Source: an uncultured Candidatus Micrarchaeota archaeon
GTDB taxonomy: Archaea > Micrarchaeota > Micrarchaeia > Anstonellales > Bilamarchaeaceae
Length of the DNA: 64,000 nucleotides
Reading direction: 5' to 3'
NCBI GenBank assembly: GCA_963714085.1
Contig: OY970229.1
Coordinates: forward strand, 376,392 to 440,391
The notes beneath the pieces are model-generated. The model had not been told where the DNA came from, made no database searches, and worked only from the letters and a program-made list of their open reading frames with translations. Of the stretch, positions 9,990 to 18,644 are shown piece by piece. The position numbers and the translations under genes are program-made. Each line of letters begins with the position of its first letter. Position 1 is the stretch's first letter.

Positions 9990-10409
9990 ATGCGGGATAA
10001 TAAACATATGGTGCAACGGAGATACTACCGGCAGATAATAATCCGCTATGTCGGGATACCCGAGCCGGAAGAGAACGCAGACAATGAGATAGACTACGTG
10101 TACCAGTGCCTCGGTTTGGGGGACGAGCGCGACGATGTCGGAAGACACGTGTTCCGCGCGCTCGTGAAAGCGGGCATGCGGGGCGAAGGGATATTGTCGC
10201 GCGACCTGATGCAGCTGAGCGAGGTGAGCCAGGCCGCGGTGATATACCATCTCAACACGTTCCAGCGCTCGGGCCTCGTGATAAAGGATGGCAGGAACTA
10301 TTATTTGCGCGGGCGCACGCTCGCCGCTACTTTGGAAGAGATGGAGAACGACATGCAGCGCAGGTTCGAGCATCTGAAGACGATAGCGAAGAAGATTGAA
10401 GAGAGATAG
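9990..10409 (+). CDS. Winged-helix (ArsR/TrmB-like) transcriptional regulator
   Basis: ..ILSRDLMQLSEVSQAAVIYHLNTFQRSGLVIKDGRNYYL.. has an HTH plus wing. ATG 10008 is an alternative start. It is divergent from the Hsp70 operon. Confidence 0.75.
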   Translation: MRDNKHMVQRRYYRQIIIRYVGIPEPEENADNEIDYVYQCLGLGDERDDVGRHVFRALVKAGMRGEGILSRDLMQLSEVSQAAVIYHLNTFQRSGLVIKDGRNYYLRGRTLAATLEEMENDMQRRFEHLKTIAKKIEER

Positions 10410-10432
10410 GCGAGCGCATTGGGAGTTTTTTC

Positions 10433-10684
10433 TTATTTGTAAACATTCTTCCTGTGCCCGATTTTCAGCACCTCGATTAGTTTTTTTTGCTCGTTTATGT
10501 CCATAAGAACGCGATAGTCGCCCACCCTGAGTTTCCAGCAGTTCACGTCAGTCAATTTCTCTACGAAATGATATGGCGCCAGTTCGAGTTCGACCACTTT
10601 TTTTATTACGCGGCGCGCGGTTTCCGGATCCAGATTCTTGAAGCATTCTTTTGATTTAGGCGACCAGACTATCGAGTATGCCAT
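10433..10684 (-). CDS. RelE/ParE-superfamily toxin (type II TA)
   Basis: MAYSIVWSPKSKECFKNLDPETARRVIKKV..L...P.....KL....CWKLRVGDYRVLMDI......IEVLKIGHRKNVY is the canonical RelE/StbE pattern. Its ATG directly abuts the upstream antitoxin stop. Confidence 0.85.
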   Translation of the reverse strand: MAYSIVWSPKSKECFKNLDPETARRVIKKVVELELAPYHFVEKLTDVNCWKLRVGDYRVLMDINEQKKLIEVLKIGHRKNVYK

Positions 10685-10927
10685 CTAAAGACCCAGGTCC
10701 TTGATCAGCTGTTTCGTGGTCAGCCCTTTCCCTCCACTAAGCTGCCTGCGCGCGATTGCGATGTCTTTCTTCGTGTGCTCGCTTAGCTCGCCCTCGGATT
10801 TGAGCTTCTCGTAAACGGTAATCATCTTGTTTATCACTTCCTCGTAGCTTTCTCTGGCATAGTCCTTAAGCACGGAAAGATGCTCCTTGGTTTCCTTGTG
10901 TATCAGGATGGTTGTGTATTCTGACAT
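10685..10927 (-). CDS. Cognate antitoxin (small, helical)
   Basis: An 80-aa ORF directly upstream of the toxin with a 0-nt spacer. The track start at 10936 is GTG; the first ATG is at 10927 (MSEYTTILIHKETKEHL...). There is an AT-rich promoter upstream. Confidence 0.7.
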   Translation of the reverse strand: MSEYTTILIHKETKEHLSVLKDYARESYEEVINKMITVYEKLKSEGELSEHTKKDIAIARRQLSGGKGLTTKQLIKDLGL

Positions 10928-10982
10928 ATATATCACATATAGCTAATGTATATGCATATATATAAATGAATCTTTCACGCTG

Positions 10983-11459
10983 CTAATGGTAGACCGCGAT
11001 CCGCCCGTCCTTGGCCTGCACGAGCGCGTCACCCGCTTTCCTTGTTTTGATGTTCAGCGCCTCTCCGACAAAAATGACATGGTCGCCCGTCTCGAGCGCA
11101 TGCACGACCTTGCACTCGATGCTCGCCTGGCACTCCTTTATGCTTGGAGCCGCGACTTTCTCGGAGCGCTCCTTGGTGAGCTTTGTTAACAGGAATTTAT
11201 CCTTATCCCTGCCGGAGTTCTCGCCGCATATCTTTGCAGCGTCGAGCAGCTCAGGGCCGGGAATGTTTATCACGAACTCCTTACTTTGCTCCACGAGCGA
11301 ATGGGTGAAGCGCTTCCTGCTGATTGACACCCCGAACATGGGCGGGCTCGCGGAGAGCGGGAAGCACCATGCCGCGGTCATTACGTTGTCCTTCCCGGCG
11401 TGGGAGGAGCTGATGAGCACGACCCGCATCGGATAAATCAAACGATATGGCTTTTCCAT
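10983..11459 (-). CDS. Flavin reductase-like (FMN-binding split-barrel) protein
   Basis: ..YPMRVVLISS......NVMTAAWCFPLSASPPMFGVSIS..R.TH.L......FVINIP is the flavin reductase domain pattern. ATG at 11459 (the track start is GTG at 11468). Confidence 0.85.
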   Translation of the reverse strand: MEKPYRLIYPMRVVLISSSHAGKDNVMTAAWCFPLSASPPMFGVSISRKRFTHSLVEQSKEFVINIPGPELLDAAKICGENSGRDKDKFLLTKLTKERSEKVAAPSIKECQASIECKVVHALETGDHVIFVGEALNIKTRKAGDALVQAKDGRIAVYH

Positions 11460-11501
11460 TGAAAGCACCTAAAAAAAATAAGAATTAAAATAAAAAAAAT
11501 A

Positions 11502-12437
11502 TCAGCCGCTGGCGCTCACGGTGAACGCGTAGTCCCTGGCATATGCGAGGGGTTCCCATACGGTCGCGTTCCAGCTCTGCGTCTGCTGGTCCCTCACCAG
11601 GTTCATCTGCTTGTGGTCCGCATCGCCCACCGTGTTCTTGCTAACCGTGACATAGAGGATGTTCACGTCGTCGGACACGAGCAGCGATGGCGGCCCCGCG
11701 TGGAACACCACCCAGTACCTGCCGGGCTGGAGCTGCGCCTCCACAGGGAAGCCTATCCAGTTCGGCGTCATGGTGATCTGCGACATTGGGACAGACCCGG
11801 TCGCGATGACGCTCCCCGGATTGCCGTTGGAATCCGAGTCTATGTCCGCGATCATGGTCGTGTTCTGGAGCCTGACGGTCTCCTGCGTCATCAGGTACGC
11901 GGTGACCATCTTCACGGTTATGGGGTTGCTCACCTCGAAAGCGACCGCCCTCCAGTTGCTGACTGAGATCGGATCGTAGTCCTCTCCTGCCGCGGTCGTG
12001 TAGCCTATGGGCGACACCGTCCAGTTGGCGGAGTAGACCGTTGTGTGGTCGCTGTCCACGGTCACGTTGTTCGTGCCGTCCATGGCCGCCACCAGGTTGA
12101 ACTCGAGCGTGGCATTGTCACCCGTGACGGCGGACTGGCCAGCCTGCACGCCGTCCACATAGACGGTGATGATCTCGTTCGCCGCGCACGTGGCAATCAC
12201 GGTTATGGAAGCGCTGGATGAGAGCGTCGTGCTCTGCGGGCCGGAGACAGAATATGACGGTGCGCCGCATTGCCCGGCCATCTGGCCGGTCGTATTGAGC
12301 GCCTGCGACACGGACGAGCCGGTCGCGTTGAGCACCTGCGACACGGACGCGCCGGTCGCGTTCTGGAGCCCGGCCGGAGCTCCCACGCACCCGAATACGA
12401 GCATGGCCGCTGCGATCAGTAACAGGATCTTTTTCAT
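11502..12437 (-). CDS. Secreted/lipobox-type hypothetical protein
   Basis: MKKILLLIAAAMLVFGC is a signal peptide with a lipobox-like Cys. ggtga lies 5-9 nt upstream of ATG 12437. A 33-bp in-frame tandem duplication (NATGASVSQVL / NATGSSVSQAL) lies at ~12296-12361. The remainder looks beta-rich. Confidence 0.7.
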   Translation of the reverse strand: MKKILLLIAAAMLVFGCVGAPAGLQNATGASVSQVLNATGSSVSQALNTTGQMAGQCGAPSYSVSGPQSTTLSSSASITVIATCAANEIITVYVDGVQAGQSAVTGDNATLEFNLVAAMDGTNNVTVDSDHTTVYSANWTVSPIGYTTAAGEDYDPISVSNWRAVAFEVSNPITVKMVTAYLMTQETVRLQNTTMIADIDSDSNGNPGSVIATGSVPMSQITMTPNWIGFPVEAQLQPGRYWVVFHAGPPSLLVSDDVNILYVTVSKNTVGDADHKQMNLVRDQQTQSWNATVWEPLAYARDYAFTVSASG

Positions 12438-12505
12438 AATACCTTCACCCCATCCATGCATGAATCTCGAAGATTTTTTATACCCTTCCCCGGCATAGCA
12501 GAATC

Positions 12506-15253
12506 ATGGACGCTTCCCAGATCGCAACGATGGAATCCAGCTGGAGGAAGAGGTGGGCGGATGAAGGCATATACGAGCCGGACCCTGACAAGAGGAGGGA
12601 GAAACGGTTCGTCACCGCCGCGTTCCCGTACCCGAACTCGCCGCAGCACATAGGCCACGGGAGGACGTACACCACCGCGGACATCTATGCCAGGTACCTG
12701 CGGCTCCGCGGCTACAGCGTGCTCTTCCCCATGGGGTTCCATGTGACCGGCACCCCGATCCTGGCGATGGCAAAGCGCATAGCGGCCAAGGACCAGGACG
12801 TGCTCAAGGTCTTCCGCGACATCTACGGCATCCCGGACGAGCTGTCCGCCACGCTGACCGAGCCCAGAGCGCTGGTCACGCACTTCTCGCGCGAGATAGA
12901 GGAGGGCATGAGGGAGATGGGCTACTCCATAGACTGGAGGAGGAAGTTCTACTCCTTCGACCCGAAGTTCAATTGCTTCATCCAGTGGCAGTTCAGGAAG
13001 CTCAAGGAGCTGGGCTACCTGATAAAGGGCGAGTATCCGATCGCATGGTGCCCTCTCGATGGGAACGCGGTGAGCGCGCACGACACCAGGGGCGACGTGG
13101 ACCCGGAGCTCGAGGACGTCACGGTGATAAAATTCGCGACGCAGGGCGCCTCGCTCGTGGTCACCACCTACCGCCCCGAAACCTTGTACGGCGTCACGAA
13201 CATCTGGGTGAACCCGAAGGCGGAATATGTCAAGGCGCAGTACAGGGGCGAGACGATAATCATCGCGAAAAAGGCCGCTGAGATACTCAACCTCCAGATG
13301 AGCTTGAAGATAGAAGGTCCCATACCCGCGGAGGAGATTCTCAAGATGAAGGCGAAGAATCCCCTCACGGGAGACGAGGTGCCAGTCTTCCCCGCGTCCT
13401 TCGTCTCGGACGAGATAGGGACCGGCCTGGTGATGAGCGTGCCGGCCCACGCCCCTTACGATTACCTGGCGCTACGCGACCTGGGAAAGACGGACATGAG
13501 GATGCCGCAGGTGATTGAGCTCAAGGGCTACGGCCCTGCTCCGGCCAAAGACGAGGTGGAGAAGCTCGGGGTGAAGAACCAGGACGACCCGCTCGCGGAG
13601 CAGGCCACCGAGAATATCTACACTAAGGAAGCGCACGAGGGAGTGATGGCGGTCGGGAAATACAAGGGCGAGAAGGCGCTTCTCGCCAAGGAGAAGATAG
13701 CCGCGGACCTCAAGAATGAGAAGAGCGCATTCACCATAGTCACGATAGCCAACGGACCGGTGTATTGCAGGTGCGGCGGCCACGTCATCGTGAACATCCT
13801 CAAGGACCAGTGGTTCATAGATTATGGTATAGCGGCGTGGAAGGCAAAGGCCAAGCAGTGCCTGGACTCCATGCGCACGATCCCGGACAAATCGCGCGAC
13901 GAATATCTGTACACCATAGACTGGCTCAAGACCAGGCCGTGCACCAGGGCCGCTGGCCTCGGCACCAGATTCCCGTTCGACGAGACGAAGATGATAGAGG
14001 CGCTCTCGGACTCGACATTGTACATGGCGTTCTACACCATCGCGCACCTGCTAAAGGATTATGATGAGAAGGACATGGACGAGGCGTTCTTCGACGCAGT
14101 GATCCTCGGCAAGGGGCCGAAGGCGAAGGAGCCGAAACTGGAGAAGCTGCGCGAGAGCTTCCTCTACTGGTATCCGTGCGATTCCAGGCACAGCGCCGGG
14201 GACCTGATAAGGAACCATCTCACGCTCTACATCTTCAACCACGCCGCGATCCTTGATGAAAAGCTCTGGCCGAGGCAGATAGTCACGAACGGGTTCGTGC
14301 TCATGGACGGCATGAAGATGAGCAAATCCATGGGGAACATCCTGCCGCTGCGCAAGGCGATAAAGGAGTACGGCGCGGACGTCATCCGCTTCTCGGTGGT
14401 GAGCGGCGCGGACCTCTCCAGCGACACGGACTTCAGCAGGACCGTCGCCGAGGGCACGAGGAGCAGGCTCGCGTTCATAGGCTCGCTGGTCGAGGCGACC
14501 GCAGGCCAGAAGAACGCCAGGCCCCACGGCCGGGCGGACAAGTGGCTGCTCTCCAGGTTCAACAGGAAGATAAACTCCGCTAAGGGGCTCTACGAGAGCT
14601 GCCAGATGCGCCAGCTCGGACTGGAAATCTTCTACGACGTGGTTTCGGACCTCAAGTGGTACGAGAAGCGCGCGGAGAGCCCGAACCTCCATGCGTTCTT
14701 CATGAAATGGGTGCTTCTGATCAGCCCGTTCATGCCTTACCATGCGGAGGAGTACTGGCAGATGCTCGGCGGCAAGGGCCTTGTCGCCTCTGGAAAGTTC
14801 CCGGAGTGCGATGACAGGGAGGTCGACGCGCGGATGGAGATGGGCGAGGAGCTAGTGCGCACGGTGCATGGCGACGTGGAGAAGATAGGCCAGCTTCTCG
14901 GGAAGAAGCCGCAGAAGGTCGCGATATACGCGGCGAGCGACTGGAAACACGAACTGTACGAACTCGTCAGAGAGCATAAGGTCCTGCCGAAAGTCATGCA
15001 GGAGGCTGCGAAGGACGCTTCGCTCAGACCGCACATGAAGGATGTTCCCAAAGCCGCTGGCCAGCTCGTGAAGAACGCGCACTCGCTCCCCGACGTCCTG
15101 TCCGCGAAGGAGGAGCTCGCGGCGCTCGAGGACGCGCTCGCGTTCTACAAGAAGGAGTTCGGGTGCGAAGTGATTGTTGCAGACGAGGAGAAAGGCACGC
15201 ATCCGAGGGCCAGGAACGCGATGCCCGGAAAGCCGGCGATTGTGCTGGAATGA
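12506..15253 (+). CDS. leuS: Leucyl-tRNA synthetase, archaeal type
   Basis: FPYPNSPQHIGHGRTY is the HIGH-type motif and MKMSKSMGN is KMSKS. The CP1 editing region has an archaeal layout. Confidence 0.97.
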   Translation: MDASQIATMESSWRKRWADEGIYEPDPDKRREKRFVTAAFPYPNSPQHIGHGRTYTTADIYARYLRLRGYSVLFPMGFHVTGTPILAMAKRIAAKDQDVLKVFRDIYGIPDELSATLTEPRALVTHFSREIEEGMREMGYSIDWRRKFYSFDPKFNCFIQWQFRKLKELGYLIKGEYPIAWCPLDGNAVSAHDTRGDVDPELEDVTVIKFATQGASLVVTTYRPETLYGVTNIWVNPKAEYVKAQYRGETIIIAKKAAEILNLQMSLKIEGPIPAEEILKMKAKNPLTGDEVPVFPASFVSDEIGTGLVMSVPAHAPYDYLALRDLGKTDMRMPQVIELKGYGPAPAKDEVEKLGVKNQDDPLAEQATENIYTKEAHEGVMAVGKYKGEKALLAKEKIAADLKNEKSAFTIVTIANGPVYCRCGGHVIVNILKDQWFIDYGIAAWKAKAKQCLDSMRTIPDKSRDEYLYTIDWLKTRPCTRAAGLGTRFPFDETKMIEALSDSTLYMAFYTIAHLLKDYDEKDMDEAFFDAVILGKGPKAKEPKLEKLRESFLYWYPCDSRHSAGDLIRNHLTLYIFNHAAILDEKLWPRQIVTNGFVLMDGMKMSKSMGNILPLRKAIKEYGADVIRFSVVSGADLSSDTDFSRTVAEGTRSRLAFIGSLVEATAGQKNARPHGRADKWLLSRFNRKINSAKGLYESCQMRQLGLEIFYDVVSDLKWYEKRAESPNLHAFFMKWVLLISPFMPYHAEEYWQMLGGKGLVASGKFPECDDREVDARMEMGEELVRTVHGDVEKIGQLLGKKPQKVAIYAASDWKHELYELVREHKVLPKVMQEAAKDASLRPHMKDVPKAAGQLVKNAHSLPDVLSAKEELAALEDALAFYKKEFGCEVIVADEEKGTHPRARNAMPGKPAIVLE

Positions 15254-15299
15254 GACTGAGCATGGTGGATTAAAAATATAACGTTACTAATGATGATAG

Positions 15300-16709
15300 A
15301 TGCTGAAGTCGACGCTGGTACGAAAGGGTGTTTCTGCTCCTCTTGTGAGACCTACTCCCCACAAGATCAAACAGCCGAAAAAAGCGAGGCCGGTCCTGCA
15401 CGAGGGGGTGCTCGGAGGAAGGCGGCAGAAGCTGGTCATCATCGCCGAAGCGGCAACGCGGCTCGACCGCAAATATTCTACCCTGGCTAACCTCGTGAAG
15501 TCGGGGAAGTCCAAAACCGTCGCCATAACCATGCCCGACGGGAGCAAGGAGCTCCTGAAGATCGTGAAGCAGGGCCGAATGAACATGGTGGATGAGGGCG
15601 CCCTGCAGGCGCTTGTCCTCAAGAAGGAGATGGTCGCGAGTTCCACGATGCGCCTGAATGACGTGATGAAAAAGGTGGGCATAGGGGAAACCACGATGAG
15701 CAGGCACCTGACGAGGCAGGGCGGCACGCTGTACTTCGAAGTGCGATCGCCGGAAGGCATTAGGAGATTCGAAGTGAAAGAGGCGAACACTAATACGAAA
15801 ACCATGAGGACGGAAGACGTCTTGCAGATAAAGCGGCTGCTCGCGCGCATTCACAGAAGGCTCTCCTTCGAGCAGCTGGCGGACGATTTCAAGCCCGGGA
15901 ACAATTACGATGTCCGTGAAACGGCCATGCTGACCGGCTTCACAAAAAACAGGCTATGGACGATGATACGAGAAAAGGAGTTGGATGCGGAGGAGATCGG
16001 GGGGCGCTTGCGCATCAAGGGCGCGGACATAGAGAAGTATTTTGAAGAGTACAGGAAGACACCGAAAGACCTCGTGAGGGTTATGAAGGCCTTGGAAATC
16101 CTCGGGCACGGGGACCGCTGGATAACAAGGCGCCTGGTGGAGAGGGATGGTAGGAAATTCCTGGAGTACAAGAACGACGCCGTATCCGTCTCCATCCCGG
16201 TCCACAGGCTGAATATCTGGAAGGGCTTTTCCCGCTCCGAACTGTCCGGATTGAAGCTCATAGCCGAAAGAGTCCCGCTCAGGGATTATCTTGAGAAACA
16301 TGAGAGCACGCACGCTGATCTCATATATGGAAGCTTTTCCGGCCGCATGAGCTCGCATGTCCGCGATTTTTCCGTAGGCGACCAGCGCATGGAGGAGCTC
16401 AAGTGCAGCCAGGCGCCGGAATACGACCTGCGCGGGCAGGACATCAGGCTGGTCAAGGCAGGTGATGCTATTCTCGTGAGGCCGGAGGACGGACCGCTGG
16501 TAGAGCGGATGGTGCTGAGGACCATGCTTCATGGCGGGGAGAGCGAAAGGGATGCGGCCATCTCTGTGCTCGAGGGGATGGAGACCATCACGGAGATGCA
16601 TCACCGGCTTGCAGAGGAAGCGCTGATGAACACCTGCGGAGAGCAGCGGAAAGAACGACTCAAGAGATTTATTGCGAGGTACGACGCGGGAAGGTCCAAG
16701 ACGGAATGA
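15300..16709 (+). CDS. Hypothetical protein with several MerR/excisionase-type HTH modules
   Basis: YDVRETAMLTGFTKNRLWTMIREKELDAEEIGGRLRIKGADIEKY is an HTH_17-like pattern. Two weaker upstream HTH-like segments are present. ttaaaaatataa lies ~20-28 nt upstream of the ATG. Confidence 0.6.
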   Translation: MLKSTLVRKGVSAPLVRPTPHKIKQPKKARPVLHEGVLGGRRQKLVIIAEAATRLDRKYSTLANLVKSGKSKTVAITMPDGSKELLKIVKQGRMNMVDEGALQALVLKKEMVASSTMRLNDVMKKVGIGETTMSRHLTRQGGTLYFEVRSPEGIRRFEVKEANTNTKTMRTEDVLQIKRLLARIHRRLSFEQLADDFKPGNNYDVRETAMLTGFTKNRLWTMIREKELDAEEIGGRLRIKGADIEKYFEEYRKTPKDLVRVMKALEILGHGDRWITRRLVERDGRKFLEYKNDAVSVSIPVHRLNIWKGFSRSELSGLKLIAERVPLRDYLEKHESTHADLIYGSFSGRMSSHVRDFSVGDQRMEELKCSQAPEYDLRGQDIRLVKAGDAILVRPEDGPLVERMVLRTMLHGGESERDAAISVLEGMETITEMHHRLAEEALMNTCGEQRKERLKRFIARYDAGRSKTE

Positions 16710-16777
16710 AAGGGCATCTAGCCGCGCACCCAAACGCTTTCGTCGTGTTTTAAACCCCTTTTTCACAATAGGATTCC

Positions 16778-17803
16778 ATGCTTTTCGCCAAGGCCAGGAA
16801 GAAGGACGGCCAGAAGGTCCTCGAGTTCCTGATCGAGAACGGCGCTTTCGCCAAGGGATACCGGGTCATCAACGAGGGCGGGTCCGTCTACTTCCCGGTC
16901 TCCAGGAGATTGGAGGGCGGTTTCGATATCGTCGAGATGGACGCGGAGCCGCTTCCCAAGCAGATAACCAGGATGGAGGATGCGTTAGCGGGCATGCTGA
17001 CCGAAGACGAGAGGGAGAAACTCGTCACTTCCTTCGACATCGTGGGGGATATCGCCATCATCGACATCCCGGAAGCGCTCGTGAAGAAGGAGAAGGACAT
17101 CGCGGATGCCATACTCGCGGTGCACAGGAGCATCAAGGTCGTTGCGAAGAAGACGGGCGCCATGGAAGGCGAGTACCGCGTGCGTCCGCTTAAAATCATC
17201 GCAGGAGAGGACAGGACGGAGACCGTCTACACCGAGCATGGGGTGAGGATGAGGCTGGATGTCGCGAAGGTCTACTTCTCCGTGCGCCTCAGCGCGGAAA
17301 GGAGAAGGATAGCGGAGCTCGTCCGGCCTGACGAGAAAATCCTCGCCCTGTTCGCTGGCGTAGGGCCTTTTGCCCTCGTGATCGCGAAGAAGCACCCGGA
17401 CGCGCAGATAGTCGCCGTGGAGCTGAACCCTGAGGCCGTGCGCTACATGAAGGGGAATATAACGCTGAACAAATTCAAAAATGTCGAGGCCGTGGAGGGC
17501 GACGCGCGCGCTGTCGTACTGTCGCGTTACCGGGATTTCGCGGACCGCGTGCTCATGCCGCTCCCTAAAAGCGCGGATACGTTCCTTGACGCCGCGATGG
17601 CAGGGGCGAAGGACGGCGGAGTCGTGCATTTCTACGCGTTCGCGCCGGAGGCCGATCCCTATTCCGCCGCTAGGAAGAGGATAGAGGAGGAAGCCGGGAA
17701 AGCTGGCGCGAAAATCGTGTTCCTGAACGAGCGCGTCGTGCGGCCGTACGCGCCGAGGATCGTGCAGGTGTCGATCGATTTCTCAGTATACAAGAAGAGA
17801 TGA
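16778..17803 (+). CDS. trm5: tRNA (guanine37-N1)-methyltransferase Trm5 (Met-10+ family)
   Basis: FDIVGDIAIIDIP..., ..VYFSVRLSAERRRIA..., and LFAGVGPFALVIAK...VAVELNP (SAM-binding site). Confidence 0.9.
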   Translation: MLFAKARKKDGQKVLEFLIENGAFAKGYRVINEGGSVYFPVSRRLEGGFDIVEMDAEPLPKQITRMEDALAGMLTEDEREKLVTSFDIVGDIAIIDIPEALVKKEKDIADAILAVHRSIKVVAKKTGAMEGEYRVRPLKIIAGEDRTETVYTEHGVRMRLDVAKVYFSVRLSAERRRIAELVRPDEKILALFAGVGPFALVIAKKHPDAQIVAVELNPEAVRYMKGNITLNKFKNVEAVEGDARAVVLSRYRDFADRVLMPLPKSADTFLDAAMAGAKDGGVVHFYAFAPEADPYSAARKRIEEEAGKAGAKIVFLNERVVRPYAPRIVQVSIDFSVYKKR

Positions 17804-17805
17804 TA

Positions 17806-18642
17806 TCACAGGCCGAAAACCGCGTACCAGAGCAGCAGGCCGGCCAGCATGCCGAGCACTATCGGAGGCAAAGCTGGCAGCACGAGCTTCTTGCGCCACA
17901 CGAGGGTGAGGAATAACGCCATGGCTACGAACGAGCCGGCCATCACGAAGAGCGCGGCGACAGGCGAGAACTGGAGTATGGACACCTCCATCATCACCGG
18001 AGCGATGAGGTCCCCGGTGCCCAGGTCTATGCGCCTCACCTCGCCGGTCTCGGTCGCCGGCGCCCTCGCGGTCACTGTGAACGCCAGGTCCTTCGAGATT
18101 ATGTAGTTCGCCATCTCCACCATGTGCTTGGTCAGGAAGACCGAGAGGAAATCGTAGATCGAGAGCAGCACGAGGAAGATCAGCACCGGGACTATGCCCA
18201 TGGATATCCCGAATATCACGCCGACGCCGGCGGTCGCCATTATGGCGGCCGGGTTCTTGAGCTGGGGCAGGATGATCTTCGCGATCGCGAACGCTATGCC
18301 GGCCACGATGGCGCCTATCGTGCTCGCCTCGTAGCCGAGCAGGACGCGGAACACCGCGTAGAACACAATGGAGGAGGCGGTGGCTATTATTATGAACTCC
18401 ATGCCCCTGAAGAGGACCAGGCTCACCTTGAGCACGCGTATTATGAATATGATGAGCGCGGCGCCTATCAGCGTGTAGAGGATGAACACCACCGCGGTCA
18501 TGGGGCTCTGGCTGTTCGTGGTGACCACCATGCTGGTGACGAACGGGTTGCTGTTCATGTCCCGCAGTATCGCGTAGCCCGTGAAGATGCCTATGACCTG
18601 CGCAAGCAGGAAGAACAGGAGGAGGGTGTATACGAGCTTCAT
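17806..18642 (-). CDS. Presenilin/signal-peptide-peptidase-like intramembrane aspartyl protease (A22 family)
   Basis: Multi-TM protein with YD (LSIYDFLSVF), GxGD (DLGTGDLIAP) and PAL (LVLPALPPIV) motifs in the canonical order. Its ATG is 2 nt after the mcm stop. Confidence 0.85.
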   Translation of the reverse strand: MKLVYTLLLFFLLAQVIGIFTGYAILRDMNSNPFVTSMVVTTNSQSPMTAVVFILYTLIGAALIIFIIRVLKVSLVLFRGMEFIIIATASSIVFYAVFRVLLGYEASTIGAIVAGIAFAIAKIILPQLKNPAAIMATAGVGVIFGISMGIVPVLIFLVLLSIYDFLSVFLTKHMVEMANYIISKDLAFTVTARAPATETGEVRRIDLGTGDLIAPVMMEVSILQFSPVAALFVMAGSFVAMALFLTLVWRKKLVLPALPPIVLGMLAGLLLWYAVFGL

Positions 18643-18644
18643 GC

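Noticed and set aside
15300-16709. Multi-HTH (excisionase-type) protein as a marker of an integrated element or provirus
   Set aside because: I see no integrase, att-like direct repeats, flanking tRNA or compositional shift, and it sits between leuS and trm5. I kept it as a hypothetical DNA-binding protein only.
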